A DNA stretch of 63,377 nucleotides, the filler included, from Lenisia limosa (lineage: Eukaryota; Protista; Breviatea): assembly GCA_001655205.1 (NCBI GenBank). It is 10 parts of 10 records of this genome, joined end to end, with 100 filler letters (N's around TTAATTAATTAA, not from the genome) between each part and the next. Parts side by side here need not be neighbours in the genome. Positions count along the whole stretch, not along the records: positions 1 to 29,499 come from LPNZ01006268.1; 9 more parts are not named here. One strand, given 5' to 3'. A model generated the notes under the pieces. The model had not been told where the DNA came from. It saw only the letters and a list, made by a program, of their open reading frames with translations, and searched no databases. Positions 1-11,800 of the stretch are shown here, piece by piece (the first letter of the stretch is position 1; every line of letters starts with the position of its first letter). The position numbers and the translations under genes are program-made.

Positions 1-118
1 GATACAACCTTATTTTTTATTTCTCATTGCTATATATGATACACACACACATATATATATATATATAATATATATCATATATACATGAATATGTAGTATA
101 TTTATTCTCATTTTGCAG

Positions 119-2650
119 AACGAAGACGCTTCTTTCCCTGTTCTTCCATCAAACAGCGCCGTTTTCAGTGACACGCAATTCTATGTGGCAGAAAAGCATA
201 ACGAGCTAAGGGACTTCCTTATTTCAGTGGGAGGGGGCAACCAGCATTTTTTGCTCATTTTCAAATCATTACATTAATTTTACGAAAACATTTCTTTTCT
301 GATCTTTAAGGCGATTCGAAGAGGAAAGGGCAAATTGGCCTCGGACCCGGATAAATCGGATTACATTGTAACGAGATTCTGGAACCACCCGGTATGTCGA
401 TGTCTGGCATAGATGACGCTGTTTAGGATGTTGATGAGCGGGAATTGAACGGCCAAAACAAAATGATATTTGATGCAATGGTGAAGAACCCATCTGTTCG
501 TCTTGTTAGCCCACTTTGGATTTATGAATGCTTTAACGAGAATGGCATTGTAAGTCTTGCTTTGGTTGGTCGAGAGTTTTAACTCTCTTCAGGTTGATTA
601 TAAGCGTAATGTTTTACACGCACCAGCTCGTTCAGTTCTTGGGGTACCAGACTTGGCCGGAAAGGTTGGTAAACGCCAGTTGTTTGTTTTGATAGTTTTA
701 TTCCTTGTGTGCTAATTTGTGCAGGAAGTTTCTGTGACAAGGTACCTGGAGCCTCTTAGGGGGCATATCAAGCACCTTTGTAAGTACCTCCAGGCTTCAT
801 TTAAGGCTGACCTCAGGTATGAGTGGTGTACAGTTACTATTATCATAATAAAACTGCATTAACACCCCACAGAGCTTCATGTAACATTCTGGTATGCTTT
901 GAACACGCTGGGGAGAAGTACAACAAGAAGGATGATTGGGAACTTGAGGTAGGTCTTTGGTCTTCTCACTTAGTCCTAGGTTGTCAACCACCAATGGCTT
1001 GAAATGTGCTATGCAACATGGAGTCTGGTGGACTGTGTTGATTATCGCACTCCTGGAAAGTTTGAGGGAAAGTTTCTCTCATATTCTTTGATAGTCATTG
1101 GAACTTTATCCTTATTATTATAGGGATTTAGAGAACTTACAGTTCCCCCCGTATTGGGAACAGATTTCAGATATTGAGGCCCAAAAAAGGGAAAAGAAGG
1201 AGCAAAAAGCAGCAGAAGAAAAGATGAGAATAGAAAAGAAGAAAGAGGAGGCCTTAAAGAAAGAAGAGAAGAAGAAGAAGCTTGAGGAGGAGAAGAAAAA
1301 GAAAGAAGAAGAGAAGAAGAAAAAGGAGGAAGAAAGAAAGAAAAAGGAGGAAGAAAAGAAGAGGAAAGAGGAGGAGAAGAAGAAAGAAGAAGAGAAGAAG
1401 ATATTAGCGGAAGAGAAAAAGAAAAAAGAGGATGAAGAGAAGAAGAAGAAAGAGGAAGGGAAGAGGAGGAAAGAGGAAGAGTCCAGGAAGACAAAAGAGG
1501 AAGAAATGAGAAAGAAGGTGCAAGATGTCAAGAAACAACAGGAAGAGAAGATGGTGGAAGAGAAGATGGTGGAAGAGAAGACGTTGAAGCGACGAAGTGA
1601 TACTGAATCAACAAAGCCGGTAGGCATAGCGTTTCCTCATTTTGACTCTTTAGAATAAACTGTTGAAGAGCAGCTATAAATTTGTTATGTCAGCCAATTT
1701 AACAGACAAACCTCTAAGCATTAAGTTCCTTCAGCTGTTCGATGGTTAGTGCCGCAAAAAAGATTTAACCTGAATAGGAGATGGAAAGGAACCGACCCAC
1801 CTTGTCATGCTGAACTTGAAGAGAACGCAGAAACTGTTATCTGGTCTAGGTTTGCATTGGGGTTTACCTCTCTTGAGGCTTTGTGTGAGGCACAAATTAT
1901 TGGTCTTTTGTTACTAGAATTAACCTTGTCTTACTTTGGGCAGCCAAAGGAGTGTGGATTTTGAAGTGGCAATACTGGTGGGTGGGGGCTCTGAACACAA
2001 ACTAGGCAGTAATTTTCTGACCTTTTTTTTTTTAGCAAAGATTGTATAAGCAATGACACCCTTTTGGAATGTCTGAACTATGAATGGACTGGAGATGAGA
2101 TTTTCAACAACAAGGTGAGTTCCATTGATTTTTAGATCCAAACCAAAAAGCAAATTTGAAAGGCTACATGATATTGCAATGACACAATTGAACGATTGCT
2201 GACGATTGATAGGTGTGGTCAGGAGCACCGAGGTATTGGCGTCAGCAAGTTGCAAGAGGCAAACCCGCGTTTAAGGGTCTCAGAATCGCCATTCATGGCA
2301 AAACTGTACCCCCCACTGAGGTTGGCATTTTTGACAAAGAATTTGTACTACAGAAGATAGCTGACCTTTTAGTCAATGACAAAGATTATCAAGGAAGGTT
2401 GTGGGACCAATGTCAATGTGGATGATCCCGATATTGATTGGGTGATTACTCCCGGTTCAGGCGTGGCTTCTGACGTAAGCTGTTCTCTCAGCACTATTTC
2501 TGCCTTCATTTGCCCTGTTTCTCACCTCTACTCCAACAGGTCGAAAAAGAGTACCGTAGAAGGGCCATTACCATTGTCCCGGATGCCACGTTTCTCAATC
2601 TTCTTGGCCAGCCACTTCTCCCTGAATGTCAAAAACTGCTGAATAGATAA
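119..2650 (+). CDS. Multi-BRCT-domain protein (at least 4 BRCT domains, two pairs separated by a Lys/Glu-rich linker); 5' end lies before the window; multi-exon
   Basis: Hand-spliced exons give BRCT WxxxC-type signatures VSPLWIYECF (~505-535), VVNHQWLEMCYATW (~973-1025) and WILKWQYW-KDCIS (~1953-2055), then APRYWRQQ..PAFKGLRIAIHG (~2230-2310). KE-rich exon is ORF 1098..1658. Stop TAA at 2648-2650. Resembles DNA-damage scaffold families (Rtt107/Brc1/PTIP-like); orthology not established. Confidence 0.75.
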
Positions 2651-2769
2651 CGTGTTAATTCTCAGCACTTTGGGGGATGTTTTGAAATGGTGGTCTGATT
2701 TATGATGCATTTTTTATCAATGGAAGCTGGAGAAATGTATATTATCCGCATACACGTACACCACATTAA

Positions 2770-5259
2770 CTAGTAGTCGCACCCAGTGAGATTTTTGATT
2801 AACTCCACAAAGACATCAATGCCTTCTGTTACTGCGCTTTTGTGGACGAACTCGTCTTCAGCTGAATGGATTAATAATAGCGGCAGAATGTTGAACATTG
2901 AAATCAGATGCAAAAAGTACCACCCACCGTGGAGGCGAACAGCAGTGTTTGGGAGGTAAGTGAAGCCGAAAGCATGGCACCCCATGTGCCTCAGGTATCT
3001 CGCGTCAGTGGATGCAGGGAAAATACGGGGCTCGAATTGAACACCCCTGATTATAATGTTGGGTATGTTCGGGAAGGAACATACCTCGATTCAAGAGCCG
3101 TTGTAATGGCTTTGTAAATGGCGGTTTCTGAATAATGAAAGACTGCAAACTGAAGCATATTGTATATTCCAAGTTTTGCCCACCCTGGGAGGAAGGCCGA
3201 CTGAGAATCGGCTTTTGGATGTATTCGAATTTCACACCACACTACAAAAGTCAGCCATGGTCTTTATATGGTGGTGTGACTACTTTCTTGGCAAGGGATG
3301 CGATTAACTCTTCGAATTCTTCATTTTCAATGGATGGTGTCACGCGGAAGTCCACTGTAACACTCAGTTCAGAGGGGACAACGTTGGGCTGAGAGCCGCT
3401 AAAGGATGAGCACTATGTGGTGGGGACAACGTTGGGCTAAGAGCCGCTAAAGGATGAGCACTTGGTGGGGGGCTTCTTTTCTCGGCGTCTTACCACGATT
3501 GGCTGAGCTTACCCTTGCATCATGTTGATGTTGACAGTTGTGACGTCACCTAACTTGGCGCTTTCTGTCTCAATCTTGCCCTTGTTCTCTGCCCTGCACT
3601 TGTTAGCCTTTGTTAAGTTGCTTGACTAACTTGAAAACACAACAGCACTCACCCTTGCTTCTGCTTCTGCTTCTAATGTCTTCTATCCCAATGCAAGAAA
3701 CTACCCTCCCCCAACACTTCTACCTCTCCCCTTTTCACATACCTCATTTTTTGGATTTCATTGATCAAGTCTTGTACTTTTTCCATTGCTGTATCCTCAA
3801 CAAACATTGAGCCGTGACCGGGGTTTCCAGGAGCAATAAACTACAGAGTTATGGCTTATTTTGGTTGCTCAAAGATGGATGCGATATTAAAATAACATGT
3901 ATCGGGCCCATCAATTCTATTAAAAGGAAGACGGCCTACTTTGATCCAGTAAGGTGAACGCTCTCCATAAAAAAGACCCAATTGCGCCGTAGGGTCAGCC
4001 AATCCCTCTTGAATGTCGTAAGTACAAGTAACATATCCGTCCATCCTATTTGAATTCCTCAAACCGTCAATGAAAGTGCCAATATTCAGTTCCTTGAACT
4101 CGGGTGCCTTCATGAAAGTCTCCCACCCATTATGGCCGCCAATTTCTTCATCAGGGGCGAATGCGATCACAATGTTTCTAAAGCAATCAGAGAATAGAAC
4201 TAGGTGAAAGGAACTTGTTTATATTTATACCCCTAGAATAGAATACATCTTTCTGTTTTTACCGGCGTTGGGTATGAAAAAGAACTGTGAATATTTTTTT
4301 TTACAAAATTGTTTTCTATTTCAGCACAAAACTATTGAGCAACCACAGCTACACTTATGTATGCCCATTATACCTCTTTGGAGTCCATCCCTCACGGAGA
4401 AGACGGGCCACTGCTTCCACATGGTGAATGGCACAAATCTAGAATTACTAATTAGAACGGAGAAAAGAATAATAAGAGGGTGATAGGAATTTGGGGAAGT
4501 GGGTAACTCTGAGTTATTCCAACCTTCATATCTTGAGTACCTCTTCCGAAGATATTGCCTATAGTGTGAATAATTATCGTCAAACAACAAACCTTCTTCA
4601 TCCATGTGCGCTGAAAATGGATCATAAGTCCATGTTTGTCCCGTCACAGGCACCTACGTCATAAAAGAAAAGCAAACCGCAAAGGGTGATAAAAAGAAAA
4701 TGACTTGGTTTCAACCAACCCACAAACCACATCCATGTGAGAGTTCAAGCAGAGGGCGGGAAGGTTTGGATCACACCCCTCAATTTTCACAATGCCCATT
4801 GAAGCCCCATTCGCAGTCTATGTGAGTAAGAAAAAGAATTATTATTAAATATGAACTAGTTGAACAAAAGTGGTCAACATGTTGAGTTCATATATTACAT
4901 ATGATATCTATTTCTCGTGCCTTACTTTATACGTCAAAAGAGTGAGGTTGTGTGCTTCAACATAATCTTCAAGGAAGCTCAACACAACATCATAGTTGGT
5001 TTTGGGCTGCATAGACTCCTAAAGCATATGACTGTGAAAATTTTTTATGCCTGCCCCATGGAGCCAAAAGGGGAATCGATTCGGCTTAACAATTATCCCC
5101 TGTAAAGAGATTCTGACAAGCGTCCCGACCCACTTTGATTCGAACGTAGTGTCTGAAGGCGGCAACGGCAAATCCAGGGTCACTTGGTGCTCCGAAGTTG
5201 ATCTTGTTCCCAAGCATCGTACGAAGCCCGCGCTTTAATCCTGAGATAACTGCACTCAT
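2770..5259 (-). CDS. ACY1: Aminoacylase-1 (M20A metallopeptidase family), multi-exon
   Basis: Exons read FRHYVRIK-SMQPKTNY, GCDPNLPALCLNSHMDV, WTYDPFSAHMDEEG, APDEEIGG..EGLADP..FYGERSPYW, LGDVTTVNINMMQGGSQPNVVP..DFRVTP and GFTYLPNTAVRLH..DEFV, all collinear with ACY1 motifs. Stop TAG at 2770-2772; ATG inferred at 5259. Confidence 0.92.
3374..3462. repeat. Two 41-bp direct repeats (period 48) covering a 3' splice site of ACY1
   Basis: ggggacaacgttgggct(g/a)agagccgctaaaggatgagcact at 3374-3414 and 3422-3462, one mismatch. Confidence 0.95.
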
Positions 5260-5836
5260 TTTGTTTTGGGTACAACAACAGTTTAATTCGGGAACGGGGA
5301 GTTGGGGGGGTGGGGGAGTCTGTCTTTCTTTTGTTTTTTTTTTGGTTCGCGCCAAGTCCACTCACCACAGAGAAAGGCAGAGAAGCAGAGAATGGAAAAG
5401 GGAGCAGGCAGGAAAGCAAAAAGCATAGAATGAGAAAGCAATCAAAACCAATCCCCAAAATGATCCCCAAAAGGCAAGTTCCTGCTCATCACTCTATAAG
5501 CTTTTCCTATCTTCTTTCTATTCTCAGCGTGTATCACATTTTTGTTTCGTAGCTTTAATATTCTGTATTACTCCACGACTCCAAATCCTTTGGGATTCTC
5601 AGCAACAGTGAACAAAGCTGTCACAGGGTCTCAGGAATCAGGAGACCAACCACCAAGCTGCTCAAGCCCCCATTACACTTTCAGGTCCTTCTTGGTTAGA
5701 TTGACGTTTCTAAAAAGTGAGGAATTATTAAATATGTTGGTTTCCCTTTTTTCACCAGCTGCAGTTTTGTCGTATATAATCTTTTTCATTTGTGATGTGA
5801 AATTTCAGACTCTTTACTTGATTGCCTAGATAAACA

Positions 5837-8800
5837 ATGAAGCTCTGGGTACTTCTTTCCCTTTTAGCCTTTTCGGTCTCGGTATTTGGAGGTGGTGGTT
5901 ATGACTGGCGGGTGAAGAGTCCGCATGCCCATTCAGGTAAGTCCTTCCTAAGTCCTCGGTTGATCCCATTCTTCTTGCTTTTTTGGAGTTACTTTCTCAC
6001 TCCCATACAGTTCGTAGTACTTTGATAAATAAACTCTTGGAATTCTATTTACAAATCCCTTATAGAGGTGATATTAATTATTGGTAGTGTGTCCAAAAAT
6101 CATGACCATTTTGTGTAGATGTGCATATCATATGATATAGCATATATATCGCCCGATATAGACTGGTACATTATACTATATACATGACATTCACATTTCA
6201 GACAATAGTCGTGTGAATTCGCATCTTGAACCAGAAGGCCTTTTTATACGGGATACAAAAAGCAAAGAAGCCCTCGTTCAAATCCTTATTGGAGGGAAAA
6301 GGTACGACTGAAGCTGTCTAACGTTTAGTATTGTTAAATACCAAAAGCTTCCTTCCGGTCATATGGGGAAGATACATGATGCTGAAACACGTGAGGTTGT
6401 ATCTCCATGTCCAGGAGACACCCACACCTTTGCCATGGAACAGCTCCTTGGAGGTTTGTACTCTTTCTTCTAATGATGCCTAGTTTTCTCTCGTCCCGAA
6501 CACCGCTACGTTATTACTTCGATACCGGACTGCTTGAAATCGTAAGGGCCCTTGGTGCTAACGTTTCAGTGCCGACAGTTTCTTCACCCTTGTCGTAACA
6601 ATGGATTTCAACGGAAATGTTGAAATTTTAAGACAAGGTCGTTCATTACGATTCATTGTGGTTGACAAGGACGGAAAGACGAGAAGCGTCTTGTACAACA
6701 ATCTTAAAGTCTATGATGCTGAAAGTTTGACACACAAATGAAGGTGATTACCGTTCAGAAACCATTCTCAAGAGTGAAATGGCAGTTGATGGCAAAAGCC
6801 TTCTTTTCAAAGTTCTCGAAGAGGGAAAACTTCCTGTTGGCCTTTACTCATTGGAACCTTCTAACTCTGTAGATCACAATAGACCCGGTTATTACCGACT
6901 CACCACACATTATCGGAAGAAAAAGCGGTACGATGAACACTCCGTTCTAATTGGAAACCAGGGTACAACGCGGAGTTTGGTGTATCAATGACAACAATCA
7001 AGCGCATTGGCCAAAATGACGTGAGTACTTAGTTTGTTATTATGTGTGACCCTTGTAGATTTTGGCAGTAGCTGCTCTCAATGATGGGGAGCAAGGTTTG
7101 ACTCATTGTTTAAAGACTTATTCTTAGATATGAACGAACCATACCATGGAACAGGAAACTTGTATCTTCTGGATAGCGTGTTCAGCACTGGCCACAACCC
7201 TCCAGGACATAACTCAGAAAACATCTGCTCCCTCTCAGATATTGAAGTCCAATATTGTCGGGCTGGATCCAATATCATGGCGGTAGGCATTGTTTTGGTC
7301 AAACTAGTCTAACAAATGTTGCAGTTGGACGATTACGATGGTGATGGAGTTGACGAGCTCTTTGTTTCCAATTCAGGTTTGCTTTGAAAAATTCTTGTCA
7401 TGATGATGCAATAAATAAGAAACATGAAACTAAGAGCCATCTAAACCATCACGTTTTGAACCGGTTCCTCTACGCTAAACAATATAGTCACAAAATCTGC
7501 CGCAATGTTTATGTCTTTGGACAACTTCAACGAGGCAATTCTCTTGGATCTGTCAGATTCTGACAGAAGCAACGCAAATGGATTTGGATGTGGGTTATTG
7601 AGACATTTATTAACAATTTAGCGAGTGCCCTTCAGGTAGACTGCACAGGAAATGGGAAGAAGGACCTTTTGGTATCCTCTCCTGCTCATTGTGGAGCTGT
7701 TTATGGCTTTGTAAGATCTGTGGAAATTGAGCATTTTTCTCATTTTAATAGGAAAATAGAGCCTATTCGAATCTTATTATTGACCAAACAACGAAAGATC
7801 CCAGTAATCATGTTTCAACAAATAGGTAAGAGTTGTCTGTCACATATGTTTCAGTATTGAGTCAGTTGTCCTGAGTGTTACCAAAACAACCAGCCTGAGT
7901 GAATTGGTATGGTGTCTCCTAACTAACATAGTAGATTATGTATATTACATGTGATACACCAAGTCAAAATACCTTCAACTGGATTGTAATGTCCCAAGAA
8001 ACAGAATCTGAAGAGTTAGCTCTTGACCATTTCACAGATGCAGATGGGAAGTGATTGATGTTTTTGAATCTCAAGCAGACTGCTCATCAGAGTTCCAGAT
8101 CTTTCCAAAGCCAATTGTTCGAATGGAAAACTCATGACGTTTTAGACTTTGTATGCTACACAGTTGTACGCTCTTGGAATAATACATGAACATACCTTCC
8201 GGTACACATCGCAAGGTAATTTATGTTAAAGAGAGATTTTTTATGTACGTCTTCACATTTTTAGATTACAAGTCTTTATCCGGCACAACTGAGATTAAAA
8301 AATTTAAACGGTTCAGCTTTGCTGACCTGATAATGTAAATAAACCAGCATTTAAGTTTACCATAAAGTGGTTCAACGGTGACGCTTACTGAACAAGAGGA
8401 GTCGAAAAGTAAAGGAATTCAAGCCAAGTTCACTTTGTGTTGGAATTTGAACAACTCACGCTTTAGCTCCAGAGTATCTTCCCTACTCTACCTACAACAA
8501 TGCGATTCTGTGTAAGCTAGGTCGACTTGTTGACACGTACAGCCTCCACAAGTTGCTACACTCGCCTCCAAGGACACGCATTAGCTGCTCTCATCACAAC
8601 AAATTACTTTCAATCTTTTGCAATCTCAGAGTAGGATACCCTCTGAATTTGACAACAACAGACCATTGCACAGAGATAGACCAAATAGCGCAGAAGAGGT
8701 TAGTGACAGAATAGTGATCAATTTCGATTTTTTGGAACCTAATTGAGCATTTCAATTTTTATCATTTTGAAAAATCATTATTAGTACAAAACTGGAACGG

Positions 8801-11800
8801 GCCAAGTTCACGTCACCAAAAACACTGGGATGAGTAGCTTTTCGAAATACCAAACGCTGAAGCCGCCAGTGTTCAACCAAGGTGAATTCTCAAATGGATA
8901 GAAATTGCTTCACAAGTCTATTAGAACACAGTGACGGTTTAGATGGACGATTCGGTTGGGCTATGACCTCCTTCGATGTCAACGGTGATGGACTCTCAGA
9001 TCTGGTAAGTCCAATGACACTCTGATACACTCTGGATGAACCCTCGTGTTATCTTTGTTCATCATTTCGACTTCATATCATACTTTGTTTTAACTAAGAT
9101 GCTGCAACCATGCTCTCACCCTTCAGTTTGTTGGAGAGCCAGGTACTCTCAAAGGAACAGTTCACTTGTTTCTGGGTACTTTCAATGGTGAAATTGAGAG
9201 TTCACCAGTGTGGAAAGCAGAAGGAGAATACGACTTTGGTGAATTTGGGTTGGCAATCATGTTACTGACTGCTAAGCACTACACTTTCTCATGCGGATAT
9301 GAACAACGATGGCGTTGAAGACATTATCATTTCAGCACCTTGGAATGCTGCCCAGTTGGCTTCTATTTGTCTAACTATACAGGTCTGCTTCAGGAACCGT
9401 CTATGTCTACTACACTCGCAATCGTGTGAGTGGATATGAACCAGCTGCCGAGCGCTACATTAACACCAAGGTTGGAAAACGCTAATGTTTTATGGTTCTA
9501 GCCCGACATTACCATTTCTGGAAGTGAATGCCCTCACAGCGGATTTGGACTGAAGCTGGCAACCGGAGACTACAACAACGATGGTTTGTCTTCTTATTCT
9601 TAAGTACAAGGTCTGTTTGATATCGCAATTTCCTCTATCAAACATCGTTTTGAAAATTGCGATAAAGAAGCTCATTCTGAGGAGTGGAAGCAGGCTGGTG
9701 GAGCTGTCTTTGTGTACAAAGGTTTGAGTACCTTTATGTTCCCATCAAATAGGGGTCAAGCACGCAGACTTGGAACTGTCAATCGTAACGCACCCTGATT
9801 TATCATACGAGAGCAATTCAATGGCCACAATTGTGTACAAGATCACAAATCACGGTCCACATTCAGTTACAGCAGCTAATGTTACTGTATGTTTTGACAA
9901 CAAGCTTCATACTTCAGTTCACAATGACACGACACTTGTCTATTGAAACCGCCGGTCACAACTGCTTCAACACCCTCAATGATGCTGGAGAGTAAGTGTC
10001 ACTGGATCTTATTGTATAGAATGGTGGGGACGTTTCAAACAGGCCCTTTGGCTATTGGGGAGGATTTTGAGCTGACAACGTCAATGATAGTCAGCAGCAA
10101 TCGGGTATTTTGATTTACTTCTTAGATCAGTCCAAATGCAGTAACAGAGCAAAGCGCATCAATTGTTGTCCAATCCGGCGACCCAGATGTTTTACCGGAG
10201 TTTGACATGGAAGACAACCACAGTCACTCCCTCGACTTCCAACTCACATTCGACAGTACTCTTGAACCAGGCTTTGTGACTCAGACGATCACAGCTGGGC
10301 AAAATGCAGAGCTTCAAGTGACTTTCTACAATCAAGGTCCGACAGTTGCAGTCAATGTTCCTTTCAAAATCGTGTATGTGAACACCATGACCGTTGTGAA
10401 AAGACCAATCTACTGTGGACCAAGTATAAAGGTAAACAGTTCAGTTTTTGTGATATCATTTAGAGCCACACTATGTACATTATCACGTGCACTATTCCAA
10501 CAGTTGCTTACAAGACCATTGTGGCTAGTAGTTTCATAGTCAGCGTGTCTCCGAGCAAGAGTGCCGGTAACCTCAGTCTGAGAACATACATTCAGTCCGT
10601 TAATACGGCGACACATGTAGGTTTTTTTGTAACTCACTTGTCTAGATAATATCGCACACTGGTGTCAAATACGCAACCGTCAAAACTACTCGTCAAAGTA
10701 ACATGGAGTTCAATCTTGTTCTTGCTAAAAATCAATTATCTGGAAAGGTATGTGTAAATCACAACGAATTGAGACTTCACAACCCCGTAACTTGATAGCA
10801 ATACCCAGCCACCGTGGAAGTGACCAATCATGGTCCAAGTTCTGCCAAATCCCTGACAACGTCACTTCAACTCGCACACCCGTTGACAGGACCTGCCATC
10901 AGCGTATGCCCACGAATATGTGACACTACAGGGCACAATTGTATCGTGTCCATCCGGTGCAACATGCTCATCAATGTCAAACGGAATTGCAGCATCGTTC
11001 AGTGAAGTTCCTGTGGACAGCACAGTTTTCATTCCATTCACCGCTTTTGCTGATGCGGCACTTGACGAACAGGTACTTAGTGCCCAAGAAATCAACCACA
11101 CAGTTGTTGAAGCATCGCATTTCCAGTTCTTGGGAACTCGGCCAATCCGATGTAACTGATTCTGACAGTGCTATCAAGCACTCATACTATCTTGTAGGCT
11201 TAGTAGCTCGTTATCTTTCAGGTAAGCGAAGCGGTTCCAAATGGGTCCAGTATTGATTCGGAAGGGATTGTGAGTATTTCAACAAGTGAAAAGGTGAGGT
11301 AACAACAATAAGTTTCATTTTTCAGGGAGTATTTTCAATCATTGTTTCCAACAAAGGACCTTCAAATGTCCATGGGTAAGGCTCACAACTCTCATTTATC
11401 AAGACTTCATGCATCAATTCAAATGTTTAAAACCATCGGCGGTGTTGAGAGCGTGCATGAATACAACCCAGTAACTTCTGATTTCGACCTCACAAAATGT
11501 ACTGGTGTTGATGGGACTGGAATGGAGTGCGCAGTGGACAACATCAACGCCAATGAAGTCAGTTCTTTGGCTGAATACTCCGTGATTATAACCACTCTAT
11601 TCTCCACAGGCATTAACAATTGGAACAATTGAGTCTGCTGCATTGACTACCGACGTGAACAGTATCCGATGCACAGTTGTCGTATCACGAATTACCCCGA
11701 GTAGGCTGTTTTTATTATGACGCTTAAGGCTTGGAAGACAGATTATATCCTGGGAGCGTTATTGAAGAATCTTCTGTTATTAAAGTTGGTTGTGGGGAGA

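Noticed and set aside
1042-1627. Long Ser/Phe/Leu-rich minus-strand ORFs (1042..1494, 1118..1627)
   Set aside because: Antisense shadows of the Lys/Glu codons of the BRCT gene.
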